A stretch of 64,000 bases of DNA, taken from positions 13,888,001-13,952,000 of the forward strand of contig NC_088811.1 of the NCBI RefSeq assembly GCF_011386835.1, written 5' to 3'. This document shows, in pieces, positions 1 to 11,312 of this stretch. Position 1 is the stretch's first letter. Every line of letters begins with the position of its first letter. Source of the stretch: Chrysemys picta bellii (Eukaryota). Below the pieces are notes generated by a model. The model ran no database searches. It saw only the letters and a list, made by a program, of their open reading frames with translations, and had not been told where the DNA came from. Made by a program: the position numbers and the translations under genes.

Positions 1-252
1 TGAATTCAGTTGCAGCCTGGCAGGAAGCACTTATCTCCGCATGCAATCTGATTGGTTGACATTGCTACAGACCTAAGTATTGTTCCACTCCCTGGAAGTG
101 AGTGATAGAAACATAATAACGTGTCAGTTGTCAGCCATGATTTTTCTTATATGTAACCATCATCTTCATTTTTGAAAGCTTAATTCGCAATATACTCTTC
201 AAAGGCCTGATCCTGCAGTCCCTTGCTCATAGGAGTAGCCTCACTGACCATG

Positions 253-460
253 TGTAACGCCGACAGACCCCAGTCGTCCGCGGGCAGGATCGAACCTGAG
301 CCCTCGGGAGTTTAGTGCATGAGCCTCTACTGCAGGAGCTAAAAGCCATTTGGCCCTTTGCTAAGGCTGTAGCGCCGATTCATGAATCGCTCTTTCTCTA
401 AGCAGTCTCGGTGCTACTAGATGGGACAGAACCCCACACCCAGGAGGTGTATGGGTTATA
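253..460 (-). mobile_element. Short TG...CA-type element (solo LTR/TRIM or Ginger-like MITE) with internal tRNA-like Pol III boxes
   Basis: Starts TGTAAC at 253 and ends GTTATA at 460. CATG flanks both sides (249-252, 461-464). The minus strand reads TAGCTCCTGCAGTAGAG (A-box-like) then GGTTCGATCC (B box). Confidence 0.7.
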
Positions 461-992
461 CATGCAGGATTGGAAGCGAACATATTCAGCAACCAAAATT
501 CCCGTATAACTTTTTACCACTTTTTGTACTAACACGTTATTGATTTTATGTAACGGCATGAGCATAGCAAAATGAGCCAATCCTAGAGGCACTCAACACT
601 TGGAAGCTAAGTATGCCTTCCATGTAGGATCTCATGCGTTCAGCTTGCCATTACATGCAAAAAAGCGGAGGGACCTCCTTCCGTAGATATTTCCTGAAGG
701 GCATTAATTACAGATCAAGGTGTGAACTGATTTTATTTTTCCGGTGCATTAAAATTATTCTTTGTGACAGCTACGGCAGAGTTTAAAAACCAGCATTAAC
801 ATAGTGATTCTGTTGATGATATTAACATAACGATGCTAACAATAGACTTAAATGCAAAACCACAAAGATATATTTTCCCATTTGACCTTGAACGCTGGCA
901 TTGGGGAAAATACTACACTGAACCACTGTTTGTTTCTAGAATTGAACTTCGAAGGTTTTGTAACGTTCAATTCATTGTTGTTGTTTTTCATG

Positions 993-1080
993 TGTAACGA
1001 CACCACCATCTGGTTCATCTGCAGGGATCAAACCTGAGACTACTGAATCTCTGACATAGCTTGGAGGCCATAGCAGACTG
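993..1080 (-). mobile_element. Degraded relative of the 253-460 element
   Basis: CATG followed by TGTAACGAC..., then GCAGGGATCAAACCTGAG, which resembles GCAGGATCGAACCTGAG in the first copy. Right end not resolvable. Confidence 0.35.
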
Positions 1081-1349
1081 GTCCATACTCTAGAGGGCAA
1101 AGACTCAGACTCTGCCGGCATGGATTACCCATGCAACTCTGCAGTTCTGCTAAGCTTCCGAAGTGTTGTCTCCATTCCCGATCAGACTCTGACTCTGTAG
1201 CTTCTGAAGTTTATCCAGCATTAACAACCCCTCTGGAATATTTTAAAGGACATATAAGAAAGTTCCATCACAGTAGCTCATCCCTGGAGATTTAATTTTT
1301 ACTGGTGAAATTTTCAATAGGTCATGGCAAGGTTATTATGGTTTGGTGG

Positions 1350-1510
1350 CTAAAATCCAGAGTTGGGAGTCAGGAAATCAAGGCATTGTCTACGGTTCCA
1401 TGTCTTGCTCTGCCAATGATCTGTATGACCTTAAGTAATTATAGAACCACTTTGTGCCTCAGTTTCCCCATTTGTAAAATGGAGTTGTTGTGAGGCTGAA
1501 CGAATGACAC
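1350..1510 (+). mobile_element. MIR/CORE-SINE fragment
   Basis: Core motif TGTGCCTCAGTTTCCCCATTTGTAAAATGG, preceded by TGGGAGTCAGG and TGACCTTAAGT. Confidence 0.7.
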
Positions 1511-2287
1511 AATGCATCACAGCGCCGAGTTCCCATGCACAGCTCTGTGCTGCATTTAAGCCTCGTCTTACGGGTTATATGATAGATAGGGCTTTGTGCA
1601 GATCCTCTGCATTGGGACGAATTCAATCCCAATATTTTAAAGTGTTTTGAGATCCTCTTAGAGTAAGACCCCATGGAACCCGAAAGCAAGAACTTCTGTC
1701 AGCTAGTGAATGTAAGGAAGGGCAGGGACCCATCAGCTGCAATCTCTCTCATTGTGTCACTTTTTCATTTCTGTCCACTGGATCTGGGGCACTTATCACC
1801 TGAGTTCTTCGTTAGCCGACTTGGATGCACATTTACTTGCTGTTCCTCCCCCAGTTATTTTTATTTGCACGCTTGGAATTCTTGCTTTCAGCTCAGCAGT
1901 AATAAGTGAGCTGTTTGCATAATGAATGGTTTTAAAAGGCTTGGTTCCCCTGCCATGTCCCTAGCAGCGCCTTCCAGAAGGGTCTGTTTTTCAGGAGAAA
2001 GTGATATTAAAATAAAAGCTTAAATTTCCCAGAAAGTGTGTGAGCACACGCACGCAGAGGGGAGAGCACGCTGCAGTCTCCTTTCTGCTCAGGGGAGGTG
2101 TGGTTGTCTCATGGCTCTGCTTCCTCCCAATCTCTTTTGGCTGGTTATCACCCAGTGGAGTATGAGGGACAGCATTTCTCCCTCACCCCTGGACTTGAGC
2201 ATGGGGGAGGAACTCCTTTTGCACACACCTGTCTCGCCCGTTGTTTGTAGGCCCCCCCATCTGCATGTGCAAATGTAAGAATTGTGA

Positions 2288-2530
2288 GAAGCAGTGTGGT
2301 CCATGGATAAGGCATTGAACTGGGAGTCAGGAGACTCTTCCAAGCTCGGCCAGTGACTTGCTGTGTGACAAGTAACTTCCCCTCTCTGTGCCTTTGTTTC
2401 GCATCCCACCCTTTATCTTTGACCGGAAGCTCTTTGGGGCATGGACTGTCTTTTAGTATGAGTCTGTACAGTACCTAGGCGAGTGGGGCCCAGTTTCTGC
2501 TAGGACCTCTAGCCACTATGGTAACACACA
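2288..2530 (+). mobile_element. CORE-SINE with L2-like tail (turtle MIR-type)
   Basis: Head GCAGTGTGGTCC...GAACTGGGAGTCAGGAG, core CTCTCTGTGCCT, tail AAGCTCTTTGGGGCATGGACTGTC...TGTACAGTACCTAG. Confidence 0.7.
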
Positions 2531-5065
2531 TTTAATTGATGCCAGCAATGCTGGGATTCTCACCCTCGTTTTCTAAAGTTCTTGTGAAGAATCTGATCCT
2601 GTGCATCCTACAGTTTCCTCATCTCTGTTACGGCCACACTTTTCTTCCCATCCTGAAATAAAGGTTGAGTCCAGCGCCATAACTTTTCCATCAGCTGCAC
2701 CATCGTGCAGCTCCTCTGTCTATGCTACCTCCAAGGAGAAACTTGTCGAAAGGAAGCATGAAGCTCTTTAGTATGTTTCATAGCCAGCTGAAATGGAATG
2801 CTTTCTACTCATTGGGTCAGGAGTGAACTTGCTCGTGATGCTATGTTGGCAGGAGAGGACACCAGCTCAAAGGATACAGAATGGTAACGAAATATGGAGA
2901 ATTTGGAAAACAAAAGGCTAAGAGAATGAGCCTGCAAAACAGAGAACAAAATGAGGAGCTTGATATCATCAGTAGTTTGGAAAGTGTATCGGCAGGCATA
3001 TACCATTGGCAGCTTTTGTTTTATTTGTTGCCTGGAGACTTTAAGGGTAAAGTAATGTGGCAACGTCCATACTTTTGAAAAGTACCAGACTGACAAACCT
3101 GAAGACTGGAGCACTCTATTTACAGGTGGAGTCAGGACATCATGGGCAGACACAGTGCGAACTGCCTCTCTTCCCCTCCTGCCAGCATACCAACCTTTTC
3201 CTGCAGTGAACCCATCCATGGCTGAAGAGGTAGTTCTGTTTCCAAGGCCCATCCTTAGCCTTTCTGCTGCAGTTGCCAGTAAGGGGCCGGTTATGGTGGC
3301 AGGGTGTGTTGCGAACATGCCTCCTGGGAAATAGACTGAAATCACCCCTCCCAGGCCACATGCAAGGGGTGGGCCCTGAATTTTGTAGACATACCCCATC
3401 CCTGAGCGGCTGTGGAGGCCAGGATCATCTACAAAACAGGCCCTCACCTCCACATTCCTCCCAACCGTTCTGGTAGTGTGGTCAGTGTGTGCTCCCTGCT
3501 ACTGCTCCATCCTTCGAGGAAGTTTCACTCTGTGGCATGGGAACCCAAGCAAGCCAGTTCTATACGCGGAGACAGCATTAATTTGCTCTGGGCTGTCCTA
3601 CAGAATTGAAGGTGATGATGCTGTGGAAGAGCAGTTGTCCCACTGGTGCATCCCCACTATCGAGAGGGGGGCATGTGGCGGTCACCCTCCTTCCTATCCT
3701 CCTAGCTGCTGCCCTCTACTTTGCTTTTCAACAGGTTTTGGCTGGGGCAGAGGATGAGGTGTTGGTTTTTCTTTTTCTTTTTTTTTTTTTAAGCAAAATA
3801 AATTGGGGCAAGAACTATGTTTTATAAAAATTCCACCAACTCGCATGGGGAGCATTCTGTTATGTTAACAGGCTGAGTTCTTCCTACCCAGCGGAACCCT
3901 GGTGCAAGTCCTCACTTGGCACGTGCTGGATTTCATAGTCATTCTTAAGACAAAAAGAGGGGATGAATAATGAGTGGTAATTCTCTTGCAAACATTAGCA
4001 TCCCAGTCACTCTCATTTGAATTCGGTTCCCAGTAAGTCCCTTAAAATGCTATCTGTATTTTCCGGCCTCTTCATACAAAAATTCTGTAAGACACAGGAC
4101 TCTGTTTATGTTCCCCTCCACTACTTTAAATTGCGTTGATCAAATCTAACAAGTATGGCAAGTTTCACATGAGAAAGAAGAGACGACTGCGGCTGAGTCC
4201 TTGATGGAACGGGGACGTGAATTGAAAACCAGTCTGAAACCATAATCTGTGCCTCGTACACGAAAGCTCCACTTTAGGAATGAGTGCAGGGAAAATAGGT
4301 TGGCTATAATTGCCTGGGTGCAGTGTTACAACACAGACAATAAAAGATGCAATTTAAAGCTCGGCAGCTCAGGCTTTGAAAATATTGGCACTGGCGTGCC
4401 AGGAAGAATGCGTACAGATCTGTAAAACAGGGAAAGCCTGTGTGAAGGTCACTGCACTTCCCTGCATCTTCAGTGATGCTGTATGTAGGATCCCCTGCCT
4501 CTTGTGAGAGCCCCTGAGAGAAGGATATGTCCACATTATACTGCAGTGCATTGAGATTGAGTTCAGGTTGTTCTGTCTTCTGTCTGAACCTCAGCGTTAC
4601 TTTAAAGTACAATAGAACATTGGTCCCCCAAAGGCAGAAGAGAAACCTCTTGTAATGGACCCTTCTCCCTTTCTACTGCCCCAGTTTCCTCTCTTGCTTA
4701 GTTCTCATAGTTTAATTTTGCTGATGGGCTCTTTAGACCACTAGTGATCTGCAGAACCATTAGTGTGACCTTTTTGTTTCCTTTCCTTTCCTTTTAATGA
4801 CAGCTTGCATTGACACTTACATTTAATCTGAATAAAGTATCTGCCAACACTAGGTTTGTTTAGCCAGCCCTTTTTAACATCATCCTGATCAGATGCCTGG
4901 GAGCTGTCTATTAAAGTCCTGCATTCTGAACCTGCTGCTGTCTTGCTGTATGACTGTGGCAAATTCACCTGACTTTTAACTATTCTCTGTTAGCACATCT
5001 GAATAACAATTTCATCGTTTTAGCTCTGTCCAAAGTGGTTTTTGCCACTATATATATATATATGC

Positions 5066-5250
5066 TGTGTGGCTAGAGCACTGGACTGAGACTTGGGTGA
5101 TCTGGATTCAATTCCTGACTCTGCTTTGGGGTGTGATCTTGGGCAAGTCACTTTGCCTCTCCATGCCTCAGTTTCCCCTTCTGTAAAATTGGAATAATGA
5201 TACTGTCCTTTGTGGTTTACTGATGAAAATCTAGGTATTATCTGGGTGTG
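5066..5250 (+). mobile_element. MIR/CORE-SINE
   Basis: GGCTAGAGCACTGGACTGAGAC...GTGATCTTGGGCAAGTCACTT...GCCTCAGTTTCCCCTTCTGTAAAAT. Confidence 0.8.
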
Positions 5251-6086
5251 ACTAACTTTCAGAAAGCAGCTAAACACCGTCCATAGAGCGAGCACGCACC
5301 GCATTGCAATACATTCCTCTACTTTGGCACCATTGGGACAGGGGAAAGCTACAGTACTAATGGTGTTTGTGCTAATGCAAAGGGGCCTGATTCTAGGAGA
5401 TGTGGGCACCTCCCACTAGGCGTCATCCTTGACTCTCTATGGAAGTCCAGGAGAGTAGAGATGTGATCAGTATTTTGCAGAATCCATCCTGAAATGTTAG
5501 TTGTTATAACAGTTGTTATAATCTCCCGCAGCCTCCCCTCCCTGCTGCCCCAAATGCTGCTAGGTTTCATTAATGACCAAAAGGAAAGCTGTTTGGTTGT
5601 TTCCTTAGACCATATTTGCACCATAAATAAGCTAGTTTGGTTAAATCCTAACCTCACGTCAGCGCCAGCCAAAGAAATCAATCAGGTTGCCCTCGTTGCA
5701 ACTGAAGGAAAAATTAATCCTTTGGTGTTGCCCAAGATGCAATTCAATATGATTATTACTTATATTGCAATAGCAGTGGGGTAATGATCAAAGGCCCAAG
5801 ATGCTCACAGTAAAGACAGTCCCACCAAGCCCAGCCCAGGTTATGGCAAGATACAGCAGGCTGAGAAGAAAAGGAGAATGAGGTCATAGTAACCTCAGCA
5901 AACTCTCACACAGTAAGCAGGAGGTCCTGGCTTATAGGCAGCCTAGCCACTGGCGAGTGGAGGGCTTTGCAGAGGAATTCTCCAGGAGGAAGTTTGAAGG
6001 AGGATACGGTTCAGGCAGCAGGAGTTAGCACTGTGTGGGTATGCTGGTGCAACTCAGGGCATTTAACCATTTACCGTTTCCGCAAG

Positions 6087-6243
6087 ACTACTCCGGAGAG
6101 TAAAACAACCAGGATTTAGTCCTTTGGACTAGCAGCCAGCATGGTTACGAAAGCCTTCCCAATCCCCCCTGTTAGCGATCCGGACGAGCTGTGGTATGGA
6201 AAGGAGGAGAGATGTCCGGATGAAAGAGTTCCATCGCGGAACA
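6087..6243 (+). other. Candidate exon of an unidentified transcript
   Basis: Branch-like TTTAAC and pyrimidine-rich CCGTTTCCGCAAG acceptor; strong donor ACA|GTAAGT at 6244. About 10 CpG in 170 bp against CpG-poor flanks. GCCAGCATGG at 6141 opens MVTKAFPIPPVSDPDELWYGKEERCPDERVPSRN. Product not recognised. Confidence 0.35.
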
Positions 6244-6822
6244 GTAAGTAAAGCATATTCTGCTTTCCAGTGCAGACCCTAATTTCCTCAGGACCCCTGA
6301 GACTGTGCATGGCTCTGTGAGATAAAAGAATAAAGTGAGGGAGAAAAGTTGAATCCTTCATGTTCATTATTCTGTATGCAAAGAACATCAAAAGCACTAA
6401 TGGAAATCCTTTTTTCCCCCTCTTCTCTGTGTCATCAAAGCTCAATTGTAAAGATTGGGCAAGCTGATTTTCTACTGGTAAAATATTTATGAATGAAACA
6501 ATTGGGACGCTGGTCCAGGCAAGTAAACATCCCTTCTAATATGATTACAGTAAGAGGTTAAACTCCTACCTCGCTCCCCCACTTATGTTTAGTTTCTTCT
6601 TGCCTTATTTAATTTGTATTTGCCTTACCTAGAGACCCCAGTCAAGATCCTGGTGCTTTGTGCTGTACATCGATGTAGTAAAAGACACTCCTTGTCCTGT
6701 GGCTCTTACGCTATAAAAGGCAAGACGGACAAAGGGTGGGAGAGAGTAACGTTTATTGTCCCCAAATTACAGAAGAGGAGTTTAAGCACAGGTAGAGTAA
6801 GGGACTTGACCAAGGTCACAAA

Positions 6823-8259
6823 GGGTATGTCTGCACTGCGTCGTAAGCCCAGATTTGTGGACTTGATGTTTTCAAGCCTATGCTTGAGCATCCACATTAA
6901 TTGTGAACCTGGTGTGACGGGCTTCCCCGGGGTGCAACCTGGAATTGGGGTACAGCTGAGCCCTCCGGCATACCAATCTGAGTCCCAACTCGCACTGTGA
7001 GGCTGTGACAAACTGCAGACGGCTCCCGGTCCTGCACTCATACAAACATTTACACAAGCAGGGACACACCTAGCTGCAGTTACATGAATGTTTTTCCTTA
7101 GCCACTCATGAACTAACAATAGAGAGACTCCTTCAGTCAATTCCCCACAGCTTCTTAGCCTTGCACCCCTGGACTGTACCATCCTGCACTGGTCAAAAGT
7201 CTGACCAGTATAAGATTAATACCTAGTCCGGCCCTCCCTCAGCGTAGAGAGGACATGCACCAGCTTTTGTTCACTGAGTAGATTTCCCATGCACTTCAAG
7301 CCGCACACCGTTTTAAATAAAAAAAATAAAACAAACTAACTACAGAAAGATAGATTTGAAGTGATTATAAGTAGTAGCGTACAGATCAAAGTTGGTTACC
7401 TAAGAAATAAACAAAACTGCAATCTAGGTTCTATACACTAGACATGATTTGAATTAAGCAGTGTCTCATCCGGATGGTACAAACAGTCCCCCAATCCTCC
7501 AGACACAGGCAGGGCTTCCTTCTTTCCCACCTGGGACTCCCTTCCCCAGGTCAGTCTTTGTTCCTAAGGTGTTTTCAGGTGTTGTCTTGTAGGGGGAATG
7601 AGGCCAAGTGATGATGTCACTTCCCCCTATTTATAGCTTCTTCCAGCTTGCTGGAAAGATCTTTGCTCATGATGTGGGGGTCCGCTCCATCCCCCTCCTC
7701 CCCTCCTCATCAAGCATCCTCCATTGTCTATGTGCTCCCTCTGAGGAGCCTCCATTGTAAACAATTCCTGACATAGTCCCTGGGCGTGTGGATTCCCTTT
7801 AATGGAGCCATTAACACTGTTCAGCTTCTTCATTGTTGTACCTGAAAGGCTGGTTGTGGGTGTTTCTAACTTCACAACATATTTCAGTAACATGCACATA
7901 GCAAAAACTTCATAACTTCACACACAATGCGAGCACATACAATCCAACAGGATATTCATGTTCAACAGATCAAGACTTTTAGATGGATACCTCACAAATC
8001 GTGCATTGCACAAAATATGTCATCATTATATGACCATGGTGAATATGGAGGTGCCAGGATGTTGCTTTGGGGCACGGTGTGTCACACCTAGGCTTACAAT
8101 TGCTTACAGACCTTCTGATTTGGGTCTGTGGCTTGAGTTGTGTCTACACTGCAGAACGACAGGCTAACCCGAGTCAGACTGATTTGTGTGTGGACAGAAC
8201 GGGGCTTGGGCTCTAACCTGAGTCAGAGCCTGGGCTTAGTGTGTAGTGTAGACATACCC
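6823..8259. mobile_element. PIF/Harbinger-type MITE (about 260 bp of its own sequence, interrupted by an LTR-like insert)
   Basis: TIRs GGGTATGTCTGCACT...AAGCCCAG and CTGGGCTTAG...AGTGTAGACATACCC; 3-bp TSD AAA on both sides. Confidence 0.8.
6913..8086 (-). mobile_element. Solo LTR-like element (probably Gypsy), 1174 bp
   Basis: Termini TGTGAC...GTCACA; 5-bp TSD CCTGG/CCTAG; minus-strand TATAAATA at about 7628-7635; no internal coding sequence. Confidence 0.7.
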
Positions 8260-10304
8260 AAAGGGAGCTTGTGACAGAGCCAGGCATTGACTCCCTATCT
8301 CCTGAATGTCCATGCTAGCACCTTAATCTCAACGCCATCTCTCCCCTGCAGTGTTGATAACAACACAGACTTGTTATGCATTTTGGGAAAATAAAGAGAA
8401 AAACCACACCAAAAAAAAAAGCCCTAAAACCCACCCAATGGGTTTGATATTTCAAACTCTGAGAATCCTCCTCTACAGCAACCGTTTGCTGTCAGGACTT
8501 GTTGGGTTGGCACCAGCTGGGGATTTCATTCAAGTGTCGATCAGATAAATGCAGGGGGACGGCTCTCCCTAGATCACCGCTTGGCGGGGCCCCTTCTGAC
8601 GTTCCTGGGTGAAGAGGGGATTATGCTCTTAGAAACTGGCACCAGTGTCCAGAAGCTTAACTTCACAATGTTCAGCTTGTCGGAGGGCAAAGGGCATAAT
8701 GGGACCAACAGGCAGCTGGAGCTTCCAAGTATACACAACCGGAGCGAGAAACACCGTGTTACATGCAAAAAAGGTTTCACGTGTCACCTAGCGGGAATTT
8801 TTTTTTTCTCACCGGGTTATAATAGTTTATCAGGGAAAAATCTGCCACAAAGATATCTGGAGCCAGATTCTAATCCCACTGAAGTCAGTGGGAGTCTTTC
8901 CATTGATTTCAAAGGGCTCGGATCAGTCCTGTACCCTTCAAACAGAACGATTGCTCTTCCAGTCTAACCTGCCTTGATTTGAACCATTCATTTGTAAATA
9001 TTATGACGTTTCCTACCCAGTTTTTATTTTACTGGGTTGAAATTATACAGTGTCACTCTTTACAATATATGCTGTTGCCTTCCAATGTGATTAAGTAGAA
9101 TCTTGTGAATAACTTGAATCGTAGCAAGAAGGGGGGAGGATGATAAATACGAGCTTCAGGATGTATTTTGCACACCCTAATTTCAGTCCTTAAAAGAAAT
9201 CCTATTCCTGCCTATGTATAAATGTAAAAGACTTTTCAAATATTTATCTAAAACCAATGAGGTGTTTGTTTTTATGGACACATGCGCGTACACACGGCCT
9301 CCTTCCCGGTCAAAAGATGTCAGATAAAAATATTTCCGTGCTTCATAATAGATTTTCATTTTCATGCCAAAGATTATCACCAAGAATTCTTCCTCTCCAC
9401 CTCGGAAATGAGCTCACTGTGACATAATGGGGTGAACCACTAGTACTTTTCACTGAGACCTACCGTAGCAAGCAGTAATCGGATTTTGGTCCTACTTTCT
9501 TCAGTGGGAAATTTCTATTTCAATCCAAATCAAATGCACCATACAGACTTGGGGGTCTTTATTTTGGGGGATAGATTGCTGTGTTTTGGAGTAAAAATAT
9601 TTTCCTTTCTCTTTGCAGCACTGCGGAAACAATTCTGAAGCGATTGCACTCCCCTTATACTAATTATCCATCTTGGGGACACTTCATCTTATACAGAGGC
9701 CATTTGTGGAACGGAAACATTACCTTTTTAACTTTCCCATCAATGGAGAAAACTTACATTTATGCCATCCATGGAACACTCACCCTGAAAAGCCTCTTAA
9801 TAACTTACTTCTATAACTAATATCCATAATTCATCCAGGGCTTCCCCACCTCTCCTCCCCCAATGCAATTTTGCTGGCCCAAACAATGTTTACCTGATTT
9901 TTTTTAAAATAAGCACACTCACCCATGTGCAGGGAGTGCAGGATGATTTATGAGGGTGTTTTGATCCTGGCTTATTTCCTAATCCTGATTTATTATTATT
10001 ATTATTTCTAATTTTGCACAGTCTTTCGATGGATAAGGTAATTAAAAAAAACAATGCATAGTTTAAAGAGCTAATATTGAATTTCCATTCACAATATCAG
10101 GTGCATAGGGCTAGTGGGGGCAACAAAGGTAACCCTGCAACATATTAGTTATAAATAGGGATGGGAAATCCAGTTCAGATGCAGTCAGAACCAACTCTCA
10201 AACCTTTGCCTTAACCTCCTCCTCTGAATCTGAGGTCAAAAATGTTCTGAATTTATTTTAAAAACGTGCACTTTCTAGCTTCATCCAGAAACTTTCTTTT
10301 AGTA

Positions 10305-10488
10305 CACCTCTACCTCGATATAACGCTGTCCTCGGGAGCCAAAAAATCTTACCGCGTTATAGGTGAAACAGCGTTATATTGAACTTGCTTTGATCCACCG
10401 GAGTGCGCAGCTCTCTTCCCCCCCCCCCCTTACCGCGTTCTATCTGAATTCATGTTGTATCGGGTCGCGTTATATCGGGGTAGAGGTG
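10305..10488. mobile_element. Tc1/mariner (Tigger-like) MITE
   Basis: TIRs CACCTCTACCTCGATATAACGC and GCGTTATATCGGGGTAGAGGTG; TA TSD on both sides. Confidence 0.9.
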
Positions 10489-10495
10489 TACAACT

Positions 10496-11006
10496 GGGCC
10501 TGGATCCACAAAGGCACTTTAATGTAACCGCTGGCTTCTAGGTGCCTAGACAATCACTGGACTCCACAAAGCCCAAGTTAGGCACCTGGGCTTCCTACCG
10601 GGAGAGAGAGAAACCTAAGAATGGGATCCATAGAAGCCAGCATGCTATGTGGGGAGTCGCCTAAACTAGCCAATAGTGGATGCCAATAAGAAGGGTGTGT
10701 CCTAAGCCTCGCGCTTCTCAGGGTATGTGTACACTGCAATTAAAAACCCGTGGCTGGCACATGCCGGCTGACTTGGTCGCATGGGGCTCAGGCTGAGGGA
10801 GAGGTGTCTGAGAGAGGTGATGACATCACAGGCCTTCGCTTAGCTCCCCACCCTGTGCTTCCCTTGTCCTGAACCTGCTCTTGACTCCTGATTCCAGCTC
10901 TGACTGTTGGTTCCGGTTCCTGTCCTGGTTGCCACTGCTCCAACCACTGGGCCTGGCTATCCATATCTCAATTTCTGACACCTATGTCCTTTAGTGAATC
11001 TGGTTC
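10496..11006. mobile_element. Old TIR/foldback element containing a partial Harbinger MITE (10721 to about 10799)
   Basis: Decayed TIRs GGGCCTGGATCCACAAAG and CTTTAGTGAATCTGGTTC. Internal GGGTATGTGTACACTGCAATTAAAAACCCG matches the family at 57958. Confidence 0.5.
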
Positions 11007-11069
11007 TTAATGCCTTTAAAGACTTACCATTTGTTACTGCGAGTGTGGTACTACTCTCCCCTTGACTTA

Positions 11070-11312
11070 GGGCTTACACTCTACACTTACCGGGGGATCG
11101 ATGTATTGGCAGTCGATTTAGTGAGGACCCGCTAAATCGACCGCAGATCACTCTCCCATCAACTCCTGTCAGATCGAGAAGAGTAGGGGGAGTTGACGGG
11201 AGAGCATCTCCCGTTGATGTCACGTAGCGTCGACCGCGCGGTAAGTAGACCTATTCACGTAACTCAAATTGTGTAGCTTGGATCGACTTTCCCCTGTAGT
11301 GTAGACAAGGCC
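11070..11312. mobile_element. PIF/Harbinger-type MITE
   Basis: Right TIR AGTGTAGACAAGGCC, degenerate left TIR, TTA TSD on both sides, internal palindrome TCGATTTAG...CTAAATCGA. Confidence 0.85.

Larger units (their letters stand above)
6640..8340 (-). mobile_element. MIR-type SINE split by later insertions (pieces 6640-6822 and 8260-8340)
   Basis: GACTTGACCAAGGTCACAAA (to 6822) continues as AAAGGGAGCTTGTGACAGAGCCAGG (from 8260). Joined, these give the antisense MIR core. Confidence 0.7.
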
